64,000 bases of DNA from Patescibacteria group bacterium (GCA_038064495.1 JBBTSZ010000002.1:16717-80716); one strand, 5' to 3'. Positions 19,991 to 28,806 are shown, counted from the first letter of the stretch. Numbers and translations: made by a program. The notes: generated from the sequence alone by a model not told the origin.

Positions 19991-20187
19991 AAAAATAAAA
20001 AACTAATGTAATAAAATGGTAGCCCTTGCTACATGGTAGCACCTGCTTACAAAAACTTTAGAAACTAAGAGTTTTCAGAAAAGACTTAGATACAAGGCAC
20101 TGAAGAAATAAATCTAGAGGCGTACTTGAAGTACGACGGAAGATTTATTTTGAACAGCAACTAAGTAGATGAGCTTTCTTAGAAGCT

Positions 20188-20457
20188 CTACTTCTTAAGG
20201 CCGAGTTTCTTGATAAGTGCGTTATACCCGCGCTTATCATTCTTCTCCAAATAACGGAGATGAGCACGTCGGTCTGCAACCATCTGAAGAAGACCACGGC
20301 GACTATGAAAATCTTTCTGGTTTTTCTTAAGATGCTTGGCTAGTTCATCAATTTTACGTGACAAAATACCAACCTGGACCTCAGGGGATCCAGTATCTGA
20401 CTCGTGGCGCGCTGCATCCTTGATAACAGCGGTCTTTACTCGTTTTGTAAGCATTGG
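20188..20457 (-). CDS. rpsO: 30S ribosomal protein S15
   Basis: MLTKRVKTAVIKDAARHESDTGSPEVQVGILSRKIDELAKHL...; likely start at Met 12 of the ORF. Confidence 0.85.
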   Translation of the reverse strand, partial: PMLTKRVKTAVIKDAARHESDTGSPEVQVGILSRKIDELAKHLKKNQKDFHSRRGLLQMVADRRAHLRYLEKNDKRGYNALIKKLGLKK

Positions 20458-20571
20458 CAATACGTTACCACACCTTGATAAAAAGCGCAAGTGTTGCCTG
20501 GTCTACTCCCCCACCTGCCATTTACAAGTTGGTGAGCGTTTTGCGCACAATATCAGTGCTAAAATGAGACT

Positions 20572-21489
20572 ATGGATGCCGAAACGCTTAAGCGACAATT
20601 CCTTGAACACACAGAAATCGAGCGCGGACGTGCCGTAAAGACGATTCAAAACTACGACCACTACCTCACGGTGTTGTTTCGGGAAATGAAGATAGCCAGT
20701 GTTATTGATATTACTGAGGAGAAGATTCGCGAATTCCGCTTGTGGTTGAATCGACAACCCGGAACAGGGAGCGACACCATGAAGCGCCGCACGCAAAACT
20801 ACTATCTCATTGCACTACGTGCTTTTCTGAAATATCTCCGAAAACGAGGCATAGATGGCCTGAACCCTGAGCGTATTGAGCTTGCCAAAGTACCTGAACG
20901 CTCGCTTGACCTTATTACCGCGACCGAGCTTGAGCGCCTGATGGAAGCCCCAAAGAACGCTATGGAAAAGGAACAGAATCCTGAGAAGGCGCTTCGGTAT
21001 GCCCGCGATACAGCCATTTTAGAGCTCCTTTTCTCCACGGGACTTCGTGTTTCTGAGCTCTGTGCACTTAATACCGACATAGATTTATCTCGAGACGAAA
21101 TCTCGGTTCGCGGAAAAGGAGACAAAGTTCGGGTGGTATTCCTATCCCCTGCTTCAAAAGACGCAGTTCGTGCGTATCAGAAACTCCGCAAGGATATGGA
21201 GGAGGCCCTCTTTCTTGAGGGTAGACCTGATAAGCTCCATCGCATTACGCCCCGTGATATACAGCGCCACATTAAGACGTATGCGGCGCAGGCAGGCATC
21301 ACCAGCAAGGTTACGCCCCACACGCTTCGGCACGTGTTCGCCACTGACTTGCTCAGTAATGGAGCTGATATTCGCTCAGTCCAGGCACTTCTGGGCCATG
21401 CCTCCATCACGACTACCCAGATTTATACGCACGTGACCGATGTGCACCTCCGAGAGGTACACAAACGTTTCCACTCACGACAAAAATAA
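20572..21489 (+). CDS. tyrosine site-specific recombinase, XerC/XerD-like
   Basis: Catalytic motifs HTLRHVFAT and LLGHASITTTQIYTHV. Confidence 0.85.
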   Translation: MDAETLKRQFLEHTEIERGRAVKTIQNYDHYLTVLFREMKIASVIDITEEKIREFRLWLNRQPGTGSDTMKRRTQNYYLIALRAFLKYLRKRGIDGLNPERIELAKVPERSLDLITATELERLMEAPKNAMEKEQNPEKALRYARDTAILELLFSTGLRVSELCALNTDIDLSRDEISVRGKGDKVRVVFLSPASKDAVRAYQKLRKDMEEALFLEGRPDKLHRITPRDIQRHIKTYAAQAGITSKVTPHTLRHVFATDLLSNGADIRSVQALLGHASITTTQIYTHVTDVHLREVHKRFHSRQK

Positions 21490-21522
21490 CCGCCGATCCA
21501 AGGACCGGCGGTAGAGAACAAT

Positions 21523-21822
21523 CTATTTCTTTGATGATTTTGTTGCTTTCCTTCTCCATGTGGCTGAACCCGGTGCGAGTTCCTTTTGACAGTATTCAAT
21601 GACAAATTTCGGACAATCACGAACGTTCTTCAGGAATTCACCATGGAGAGCAGTCGCGGCTGCCGTAAAAACTGCAAGAGAACTCATGCCGAACTCGCTT
21701 TGAAAACTGTCAAACAGAGCGTTTATCTCAGATGCCCGCCTTTTCTGGCTCCGGACAAGTCGTTTAGGAGGTTCTATTCCGAATACCTCTCGATATTGTC
21801 GTTTCGTCATTTTTCTTGCCAT
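21523..21822 (-). CDS. small basic hypothetical protein
   Basis: ORF only; convergent with recombinase; low confidence it is expressed. Confidence 0.3.
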   Translation of the reverse strand: MARKMTKRQYREVFGIEPPKRLVRSQKRRASEINALFDSFQSEFGMSSLAVFTAAATALHGEFLKNVRDCPKFVIEYCQKELAPGSATWRRKATKSSKK

Positions 21823-21899
21823 TTTTAATCTCCCGGCAACTCGCCGCATACTACATCTTCTTATATTCGTGTCTAGGCACCGTCTGTTAGAATGCGCTC

Positions 21900-22694
21900 A
21901 TGCGTATTATGTCGTGGAATGTGAACGGTATTCGTGCCGCCCATAATAAAGGCAACTTCATGCCATTCATCAGGAAGTACAAGCCGGATATATTGTGTCT
22001 TCAAGAAACAAAAGCAGAGCAAGACCAATCCCCTCTTGACCTGCCTGACTACGAAGAATTCTGGAGTTCCTCTAAAAATAAAAAAGGCTATAGCGGAACG
22101 GCAATTTTCACAAAGATGACCCCGAACGATGTGTTCTACGGCATGCCGGAGGATCTTGCTACGAAGTTCGGACTCGCAAACGACGGCTATGGGGACCCGA
22201 ATCAAGAAGGAAGAATTGTTGCCCTCGATATGTTTGATTTCTACGTTGTCTCCGTATATACGCCAAACGCGAAGGACGATTTATCCAGACTCACGCTTCG
22301 CCATGAGCACTGGGACCCTGCATTTCTTGCGTACATGAAGCGGCTTGAAGAGGAAAAACCCGTTATTTTCTGCGGCGACTTGAATGTAGCGCATACCGAA
22401 GACGACCTCGCCCGCCCAAAAGAAAACAAAGGATTAAAGGGATTTACTGATGAAGAACGCGAAGGAATTGATAACATCACGAATGCTGGTTTTGTTGATA
22501 CTTTTCGGCTGTTTAAAAAAGGTAACGGCTTCTATACCTGGTGGAGTCATTGGGGTGGAGCACGAGAAAGAAATGTTGGCTGGCGGATTGACTATATCTT
22601 TGTATCAAAGAAATATGCAAAACATGTGAAGACCGCGGAGATATTTCCAGAAGCCCTCGGCTCTGACCACTGCCCCACCTCCATAACTCTTTAA
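21900..22694 (+). CDS. xth: exodeoxyribonuclease III (AP endonuclease)
   Basis: MRIMSWNVNGIRAA...CLQETK...SDHCP. Confidence 0.9.
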   Translation: MRIMSWNVNGIRAAHNKGNFMPFIRKYKPDILCLQETKAEQDQSPLDLPDYEEFWSSSKNKKGYSGTAIFTKMTPNDVFYGMPEDLATKFGLANDGYGDPNQEGRIVALDMFDFYVVSVYTPNAKDDLSRLTLRHEHWDPAFLAYMKRLEEEKPVIFCGDLNVAHTEDDLARPKENKGLKGFTDEEREGIDNITNAGFVDTFRLFKKGNGFYTWWSHWGGARERNVGWRIDYIFVSKKYAKHVKTAEIFPEALGSDHCPTSITL

Positions 22695-22700
22695 GGACAT

Positions 22701-22733
22701 TGTTATACACAGTATGTCCTTTACATTGTCCTA
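22701..22733 (+). terminator. putative terminator hairpin after xth
   Basis: GGACATTGTTATACACAGTATGTCC followed by TTTACATT. Confidence 0.4.
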
Positions 22734-22744
22734 TAAGATACTAT

Positions 22745-22990
22745 GCTATCTCTTAGCGGGGGACAGTGTGCATACCGAGAGGCAGTCACACCGCTCCCGG
22801 ACTTGAATGATCTTTGCGAGCTCTTTATATCAGGCGTATAGCGTGTAGGTAGGTCGTCCAACGTAATCGGGGCGTATCCCCTACTCATTCACTGGGTCCA
22901 ATCTACCGTTCCACGTGAAAGCGCAAACCCTTTGATACCGATCCGATTTCACTCCTGAGTGTCACCCAATAAGCCCCAGCTCCTTTTAGA
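22745..22990 (+). ncRNA. candidate structured ncRNA in 390-nt gap between convergent xth and cca (partial resemblance to tmRNA PK1 and 3' acceptor strand; unconfirmed)
   Basis: GTGTGCATACCGAGAGGCAG resembles tmRNA GGUGCAUGCCGAGGGGCGG (E. coli) / GCCGAGAGGCG (B. subtilis); AAGCCCCAGCTCC-TTTT near 22970-22987 resembles tmRNA 3' CCAGCUCC; but no recognisable GGGG..UUCGAC 5' tRNA-like half or GGTTCGA T-loop. Confidence 0.25.
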
Positions 22991-23085
22991 CACTCAACCT
23001 GGATCGGTAGTCAAAAAAGAGGCCAGAAATAAGGACCATCCCTTGATGATCTTTATCTCTGGCCTCTTTCTATTTCACATAAAAC

Positions 23086-24549
23086 CTAGGATACGTTGTG
23101 TTTACTGAGTATTTCCTTGATTTCTTGCTCCTCTTCTTGCTCCTTCCTCTTTTTTCCTGAATCACCAAGTTCTTTCAACTCCTCATCTCCCAGTTTTAAT
23201 AGTTCCAGAACTCGATTTCCTAAGTAATCCTTAGTGTTGCTTTTAGGATTCTCAAGTACATCCTCTAGGAGTGTATGCAGGATATAGCCTATCTTTGGAC
23301 CTGGTTCCACGTGAAAGGTCCCCATAAGGTCATTTCCGTCTAGTTTGAGCATTCCCACTGATATAGGGTCTCGTAGTGCCTGGTCTACCATTGCCTTGTA
23401 CTTTCTGAATCTGAATGGCTGCTCCTTCGGTCGACCCGTACCAATTCGGTCACAAATCCTAAGATTGAGCAAATCTTCTATATTTTCATCACCAACGTTC
23501 TGAATCATGCGGCGAACGGCCGAAAGGGTGATTTGGTCAGGATCTGAAAAAAACATGTGCCAACGGACCAATTTACTCACCTTTTCAATAGTTTCACGTG
23601 AAAATTTAAGGTCTTCTAGTGCTTTTCGGGTTACACGTGAACCCACAACCTCATGGCCGTGAAAGGTCCAATCGTTCTTTTCGTCAGACCAGCGTCTTGT
23701 TTCCGGCTTAGATACATCATGGAAGAGGGCGGCGAGACGTATATCAAAAGGCCAGTCTTTGTCCGCTGCGTGCTGAAGCGAGCGCATAAGGTGGCCAAAA
23801 ACGTCGTAACTATGGGCTTGATTTTGATCTATCCCGATACCGCGCACCAGGTCAGCAGATATATATTTCAGAATATCCAGCTGTTGTGCCAGTACGAGGG
23901 CCATCATGGGGTTCTTTGACTCCAGGATACGCACAAGCTCATCGCGAATCCTTTCACGTGAAATGTGCGAGAGATTCGGACCCTTCTCCAGAATCGCTGC
24001 TGCCGTATCCGTATCAAGCGCGAAGTTCAATTCCGCGACAAGTCGTACTGCACGCATAACGCGTAGAGCATCTTCTTCAAAACGCTCCGTAGCAATGCCC
24101 ACGGTACGCAGTACTTTGGCCGAAATGTCCTTTTGTCCTTGATACGGGTCAACAATATGTCCTTTATCTTCATCAAGGGCGATAGCGTTTATGGTGAAGT
24201 CGCGGCGTGCAAGGTCACCCTCAAGACTGGTACCAAACTCAACAGCATCCGGACGACGCTTATCTGAGTATCCCGTTTCGGTACGATACGGTGTGACCTC
24301 TATAATTGAGAGGGTAGGGTCTTCGCTCTCTGTCTTCACGCCAACCGTACCAAAATCATTTTCGTAAAAAGAATCGGGGAATATTCGTTGAATATCTTCA
24401 GGCAATGCATTTGTCGTTATATCCCAGTCTTTAGGGGCTCGTTTGAGGAGAAGATCACGAACGCAACCACCCACTAAATAGGCCTCGAACCCTTCCTTAC
24501 GGAGACCATCTGCTACAGTCTTCACTTCAACCGGAACGTCCATCTTCAT
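23086..24549 (-). CDS. cca: CCA-adding tRNA nucleotidyltransferase / poly(A) polymerase family with HD domain
   Basis: GGCVRDLLL...DxD nucleotidyltransferase head and HD motif LFHDVSK. Confidence 0.8.
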   Translation of the reverse strand: MKMDVPVEVKTVADGLRKEGFEAYLVGGCVRDLLLKRAPKDWDITTNALPEDIQRIFPDSFYENDFGTVGVKTESEDPTLSIIEVTPYRTETGYSDKRRPDAVEFGTSLEGDLARRDFTINAIALDEDKGHIVDPYQGQKDISAKVLRTVGIATERFEEDALRVMRAVRLVAELNFALDTDTAAAILEKGPNLSHISRERIRDELVRILESKNPMMALVLAQQLDILKYISADLVRGIGIDQNQAHSYDVFGHLMRSLQHAADKDWPFDIRLAALFHDVSKPETRRWSDEKNDWTFHGHEVVGSRVTRKALEDLKFSRETIEKVSKLVRWHMFFSDPDQITLSAVRRMIQNVGDENIEDLLNLRICDRIGTGRPKEQPFRFRKYKAMVDQALRDPISVGMLKLDGNDLMGTFHVEPGPKIGYILHTLLEDVLENPKSNTKDYLGNRVLELLKLGDEELKELGDSGKKRKEQEEEQEIKEILSKHNVS

Positions 24550-24608
24550 GCTGAGAATACTATCATAATAAACAAGATATATGGACGTAATGATGGTATG
24601 CTAGTAAC

Positions 24609-25292
24609 ATGAATTCTAAGGTTCGAGAAAAGGAACTCGCTATCGCCTTGAGAAGGAAAGGCCTTACGTACAGAGAAATTCTCGAGCGAGTACCTGTTGC
24701 AAAGAGCTCAATCTCGCTTTGGCTTAAAGACTTTCCATTGACAACAAAAGAGAAGGAAATACTTAAGAAACGGAAAAATACGGACATGACAAGGTGGAGA
24801 GCCATGGCGGGAGCCGCGCTTAGTCAGAGAAGAGTTGAGAGAGACAAAGCACTTTTCCTCGTTGCTCGCGAAGAGTTCCAGACGGCAATTAGAGAGCCTT
24901 TATTTCAGGTTGGTATAGCCTTGTATTGGGCGGAGGGAGCAAAGAGAGCTAGTACGTTTAGTTTCATTAATTCTGATGTAGATATGACAATTCTTATGCT
25001 TGACTGGGTAAGAAAATATCTAGTTCTCGCAGACGAAAACCAAATACGAATGAGGGTCTTCACACACAAGGCATTCGAGCATGAGCACCATGAGGTATGG
25101 TGGTCGAAGCAATGCGGTATTCCACTCGATAGGTTTGGAAAGACTATCTTTAAATCACAAAACGGACTTATAGTTAAGAAAAGACCGAATTATAAGGGCT
25201 GCGTTCGAATAGAACTTGGCAAAGTAGCTCATATACGGAAAATGGCCTACTGGCAACAGATGCTCATTGAATACTACAAGAAACAAAGGTAA
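24609..25292 (+). CDS. HTH-domain protein, possible LAGLIDADG-type homing-endonuclease-like fold
   Basis: N-terminal HTH (GLTYREILERVPVAKSSISLWLKDF); motif GIALYWAEGAK resembles LAGLIDADG block; adjacent to tRNA cluster. Confidence 0.4.
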   Translation: MNSKVREKELAIALRRKGLTYREILERVPVAKSSISLWLKDFPLTTKEKEILKKRKNTDMTRWRAMAGAALSQRRVERDKALFLVAREEFQTAIREPLFQVGIALYWAEGAKRASTFSFINSDVDMTILMLDWVRKYLVLADENQIRMRVFTHKAFEHEHHEVWWSKQCGIPLDRFGKTIFKSQNGLIVKKRPNYKGCVRIELGKVAHIRKMAYWQQMLIEYYKKQR

Positions 25293-25304
25293 TGTGTGCT
25301 AACT

Positions 25305-25378
25305 GCACCCGTAGCTCAGCGGATTAGAGCATCTCGCTTCGGACGAGAGGGTCGGGGGTTCGAGTCCCTCCGGGTGCA
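25305..25378 (+). tRNA. tRNA-Arg (anticodon UCG)
   Basis: Cloverleaf: acceptor GCACCCG/CGGGUGC, D-arm GCUC-AGCGGAUUA-GAGC, anticodon loop CUUCGGA, T-arm GGGGG-UUCGAGU-CCCUC. Confidence 0.9.
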
Positions 25379-25419
25379 CTAGAAAAAGGGCGAGTCCCTG
25401 TGATATAGTTCAGCGCGAA

Positions 25420-25490
25420 GCGGATATGGTTTAGTGGTAGAACGCGTCCTTGCCAAGGACGAGGCGGGAGTCCGATTCTCCCTATCCGCA
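25420..25490 (+). tRNA. tRNA-Gly (anticodon GCC)
   Basis: Acceptor GCGGAUA/UAUCCGC, anticodon arm CGUCC-UUGCCAA-GGACG, T-arm GGGAG-UCCGAUU-CUCCC. Confidence 0.9.
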
Positions 25491-25499
25491 CTGTCGAGC

Positions 25500-25524
25500 A
25501 AAAGCACCCATGAGGGTGCTTTTG
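25500..25524 (+). terminator. hairpin + T-tract after tRNA-Gly
   Basis: GCACCCATGAGGGTGCTTTT. Confidence 0.5.
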
Positions 25525-25526
25525 CG

Positions 25527-25700
25527 TTAAGGACAGTGCGGATAGAGTACGACGTCCAACGTCGTACGTGGAGAATCGGAAGGCGGAACGGGGTACCCAT
25601 CCAACAGGATGGGTCGCGAGCCGGGGTCGCGGAATCTGCGAGTGACGACGAGCTCGTATCTGTGGCCGATAGTGTACTCACGGTCTCCCTGACATTTCTC
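25527..25700 (+). ncRNA. candidate structured RNA (~175 nt) closed by long-range helix GUGCGG...CCGCAC with >=4 internal hairpins; identity unknown
   Basis: Hairpins GUACGACG-UCCAA-CGUCGUAC, ACCCAUCC-AACA-GGAUGGGU, CGCGA-GCCGGGG-UCGCG, palindromic ACGAGCUCGU; terminal pairing GTGCGG(25527)/CCGCAC(25691); region otherwise only covered by mutually overlapping spurious ORFs. Confidence 0.3.
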
Positions 25701-25828
25701 CCGCACACCTAAAAATCCAAAAATATAGGTTTTTCAAGCCCACAACAGACATTTTCCTTTACTAAAAACAGGGGATAAAGCTGTTAACATGTGGATAAAG
25801 GACAATGGACAAAAAGAGCGATTTTGTG

Positions 25829-25860
25829 ACCTGTTCGTAAACGAATAAGTAAATACAATG
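25829..25860 (+). promoter_or_regulatory. putative sigma70-like promoter upstream of yraN-like gene
   Basis: TTGACC ...15-16 nt... TATACT. Confidence 0.3.
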
Positions 25861-25868
25861 TATTTCTC

Positions 25869-26297
25869 TTGACCTCCACTAACGTCCTCTATACTTTAGC
25901 TATGGACATCTCTGGATTCAGTCGAAAAGAGATCGGAGCACTCGGAGAAAAGGTTGCCTGTGAGTATTTAAGGCGCAATGGTATGAAAATAGTGGCAAAA
26001 AATGTTGCTCGTAAAACGGGCGAGATTGATGTAATAGGAAAAGAGCACGACACGCTGCATTTCGTTGAAGTTAAAACAATTGTCTGTGAGGTGTTTCCGT
26101 CTGAAAGAAGTACTGACGACAGCTACGACCCATCAGCGAATTTACATGAGGCCAAAATACGGCGTGTGGCGCGCACGAGTGAATGGTACGTTGCATCTAT
26201 TGATTGGGAGGGGGAATGGCAGGTGGACGGGGTCTTGGTATGGCTCCGAAAGGCCGATGGGAGGGCGCTTGTTCGGTATCTGCCGCAAATCCTATAA
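25869..26297 (+). CDS. YraN/UPF0102 family endonuclease-like protein
   Basis: GE(K)xAxxYLxxxG...EIDVIGKE...HFVEVKT pattern; true start may be Met at 25902. Confidence 0.7.
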   Translation: MTSTNVLYTLAMDISGFSRKEIGALGEKVACEYLRRNGMKIVAKNVARKTGEIDVIGKEHDTLHFVEVKTIVCEVFPSERSTDDSYDPSANLHEAKIRRVARTSEWYVASIDWEGEWQVDGVLVWLRKADGRALVRYLPQIL

Positions 26298-26377
26298 ACC
26301 TGGTAGGATGCGTATAAGCGAGGTCGCTGTGCCCCTCGGGGCATGAGGCCTCGTTTGTTCGGTGCTTGCTGAGGGAA

Positions 26378-26528
26378 TCCGGTCATGAAGTAGCTCATTT
26401 GTTTTCGAATACTGTGTCGGGGTGTCGTATACCGGTAGTACGCTTGCTTTGGGAGCAAGATGACGGAGTTCGATTCTCCGCACCCCGACAGAGTATTTGA
26501 ATGAGTTCATGACCGGATCGACTCTTCG
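26378..26528 (+). repeat. imperfect inverted repeat (~35-40 nt arms) bracketing tRNA-Pro, plus a second 9-bp hairpin downstream
   Basis: 5' arm CCGGTCATGAAGTAGCTCATTTGTTTTCGAATACTGTG; 3' arm CAGAGTATTTGAATGAGTTCATGACCGG (reverse-complementary with indels); then CGACTCTTCGGGGAAGAGTCG. Confidence 0.55.
26418..26488 (+). tRNA. tRNA-Pro (anticodon UGG)
   Basis: Acceptor CGGGGUG/CACCCCG, anticodon arm CUUGC-UUUGGGA-GCAAG, T-arm CGGAG-UUCGAUU-CUCCG. Confidence 0.85.
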
Positions 26529-26585
26529 GGGAAGAGTCGGGTGACGAGTTCGATATTCAACCGCAAAGGCACTAATTGAAAGTAT

Positions 26586-27782
26586 CTATTTAAACCCAAT
26601 CGCCTTTGCGAGGAAGTTTCCGAGTTCTTGTATTTTCGTGCTGTACGAGTCGGTAGCATTCACCAGGCTCCCAGAGTCGTAGTACGTATCAAAGTCTCCA
26701 CCCGTGGCAGCTTTGAAGCTTCTACGCATATGCGTCGGCGTGATGACTCGTAGTTCACGCGTACTTTCGTCACCCGACAATTCGCTTGTGGTGATAAGTC
26801 CGATAAGCGCTCCTGAAGTGCTTACCGCTGCACCACCAGACGAACCTTCCTGAGCTGCCTTACCTCCATATATCGCAAGCACATCTGAACTCGTGGTAGT
26901 GAATGTGTAGACGTCTTTAATCTTTCCATACACGAGTGTTGGGGCGAGATGCGACGTTACTTCACTTGTCGTGAGGTACTGCGCACCATAGGAACCGAGT
27001 GCAACCTTTTGTCCGACGATGCCAGGCGATGTAGAAACATGAATAGCAGGATAGCTTCCTGGAAGGGGAGCACCGGTCGCACTACTTGTTATCGCAAGGA
27101 GCGCAAAATCATTTTCTCCCGTTCCGGTAGGTTGCGAACTAATGAGCGTGGTTGAGTTACTGCGCACCCAGGGTTCAGAGATATACAGCAGCTTACCTTT
27201 GTAGGCATTTTTTGCTGGGTTACCGGTACGAATAGCGCAGGAGATAACATTCTTGCCGAGAGTCTGTTCAAGCAGCACTGCCTGAGCAACGTGCGCAACA
27301 GTGAGTACGATTCCCCTGGAATCAATAATCACCCCGGTACCGGACACTCCGCGAAGTTGACTTGTGTGCGAGGTGCAAAGAATATTCACGACTGAAAGAG
27401 AAACAGTATCAAGAAGCGCGTCACCGGTTGAGCTCGCGGGGACGGGTGTTGTGGTTGCTACTGGAGCAGACCCGTTAGGAGTTGGAGGCTTTTGCAGGGG
27501 AGTCGGTTTGGTTGGTGTTGCTACCTCTGGCTTCGCTTTCGTGACTATCGCCTCAAGCCCAGGAACGAGAGACTCTACGGTTGTGGTCGGTACCGTAAAC
27601 ACAGGTGTTGTGGTCGGTACAAACGAACGGCTCACCCCTCCGACAGGGGTGAGCTTACCTTGGTTCGTGAGGGTTGAAACCGTTACTGCATTTGCTCCGG
27701 TATTGAAGTAGGAAATGAAGAGGGCAAGAGCAAGGGCTCCAAACGCAGCCAAAACATGCTCAACGTGCTGTCGCATTCCCAC
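26586..27782 (-). CDS. secreted/membrane-anchored trypsin-like (S1 family) serine protease
   Basis: His (LTVAHVA), Asp (NDFALLAI), Ser (GSSGGAAVS) catalytic-motif regions; N-terminal hydrophobic anchor. Confidence 0.75.
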   Translation of the reverse strand: MGMRQHVEHVLAAFGALALALFISYFNTGANAVTVSTLTNQGKLTPVGGVSRSFVPTTTPVFTVPTTTVESLVPGLEAIVTKAKPEVATPTKPTPLQKPPTPNGSAPVATTTPVPASSTGDALLDTVSLSVVNILCTSHTSQLRGVSGTGVIIDSRGIVLTVAHVAQAVLLEQTLGKNVISCAIRTGNPAKNAYKGKLLYISEPWVRSNSTTLISSQPTGTGENDFALLAITSSATGAPLPGSYPAIHVSTSPGIVGQKVALGSYGAQYLTTSEVTSHLAPTLVYGKIKDVYTFTTTSSDVLAIYGGKAAQEGSSGGAAVSTSGALIGLITTSELSGDESTRELRVITPTHMRRSFKAATGGDFDTYYDSGSLVNATDSYSTKIQELGNFLAKAIGFK

Positions 27783-27862
27783 ATGCTACCGCGGGCGCTC
27801 TAAAAAGCCATTGGCTCGGGACTGGGCAGTAGCTGCCCTGATATGGTATTCTCCCTCCTAAC

Positions 27863-27933
27863 GCGGGATTAGTTTAATGGTAGAACATCAGTTTTCCAAA
27901 CTGAGAGCAGGAGTTCGATTCTCCTATCCCGCA
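27863..27933 (+). tRNA. tRNA-Gly (anticodon UCC)
   Basis: Acceptor GCGGGAU/AUCCCGC, anticodon arm UCAGU-UUUCCAA-ACUGA, T-arm AGGAG-UUCGAUU-CUCCU. Confidence 0.9.
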
Positions 27934-28203
27934 CATGTCAGTCTGACGGACATTTTGCCCTCTTGCGAAAAACACCCTTTTGTTGAGCCGTCCTCTGCGA
28001 TCTCGTCCTTCAGGCCTCTCTTATTGAGACGTATGGAGAATAGGACTTTTTTTCTTGTCCAATCATCAAGAGGTTATTCGAATTTGTAGATTCTAACCCT
28101 ACCAACCCACAAATATTCACCGATGGAACTAATACCTCAGTGACAGGGCCAACACAATAAATCAAGGATTTGAAAAAAATCACTTTGTGTTGTCATTTGA
28201 GTT

Positions 28204-28797
28204 TTGGCTATGGGTTTAACTTTAGACACATTGGTGTATCATTTCCACAGGATTCATGATTTTGGGGAGGATCTTATGCAAGCACCGATTATTGCTGCCA
28301 TTGTTGGTGGATTGTTCGCCCTATTTGTAACTTTATTTGGCCATGCATATCTTACCTTTCTGCAGCTAAAGAAGGAGAAACACCTATCTTTGACGCTAGA
28401 AAGAAGACGTATATACAGTGAGCTGTGTGCAAGTCTAATGATTTCTTCATTCGACATGATTACAACTGACGAGGAGGGACCTGAGAACACAAGATTTCAG
28501 CGTCACGCGTGGGTTGCAGCAAATACAAAACAATTAAGTGATCTACAAGCAAAGATCAACGCTGCTTCGTTCTATGCAAGTGATTGTCTTAGAAAGGAGT
28601 TTGCTTTTTTGTCTGAGTTCCTGCACGTACTCATTATTGGAGGATCATATTCACGTGGCACGAAGGGAGACACAAGTGACGAGTTCCTGGAGAAACACTT
28701 GTATATTGAACATGACAAAACGATGGAGGATATATTTCAGGAGCCTTGGCAGCGTGCATTAAAATTAATGAAAAAAGAAGTTGGCCTCATTGATTGA
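28204..28797 (+). CDS. hypothetical single-pass membrane protein
   Basis: ORF 197 aa with one hydrophobic helix (IIAAIVGGLFALFVTLFGHAYL); AT-richer context. Confidence 0.4.
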   Translation: MAMGLTLDTLVYHFHRIHDFGEDLMQAPIIAAIVGGLFALFVTLFGHAYLTFLQLKKEKHLSLTLERRRIYSELCASLMISSFDMITTDEEGPENTRFQRHAWVAANTKQLSDLQAKINAASFYASDCLRKEFAFLSEFLHVLIIGGSYSRGTKGDTSDEFLEKHLYIEHDKTMEDIFQEPWQRALKLMKKEVGLID

Positions 28798-28806
28798 GTA
28801 ATATTA

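Noticed and set aside
22740-22800. RNase P RNA on minus strand (CAAGUCCGGGAGC resembles the P4 GAAAGUCCGGGCUCC motif)
   Set aside because: No matching downstream CCCGGCUUA P4 partner or GGUGAAA or ACAGAA motifs, and the rest of the RNA would have to lie inside xth.
22700-22990. tmRNA on the minus strand (GGGGCUUAUUGGG resembles a tmRNA 5' end)
   Set aside because: No complementary AAGCCCC 3' acceptor strand or T-arm downstream on that strand. Plus-strand orientation fits the PK1-like block better, but is itself unconfirmed.
25379-25712. ORFs 25379..25708 (-) and 25434..25712 (+)
   Set aside because: Mutually antisense, overlap tRNA-Gly and the structured RNA region, and have biased composition. 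Treated as artefacts of an RNA-coding region.
27877-28089. ORF 27877..28089 (+)
   Set aside because: Starts inside tRNA-Gly(UCC). No RBS.
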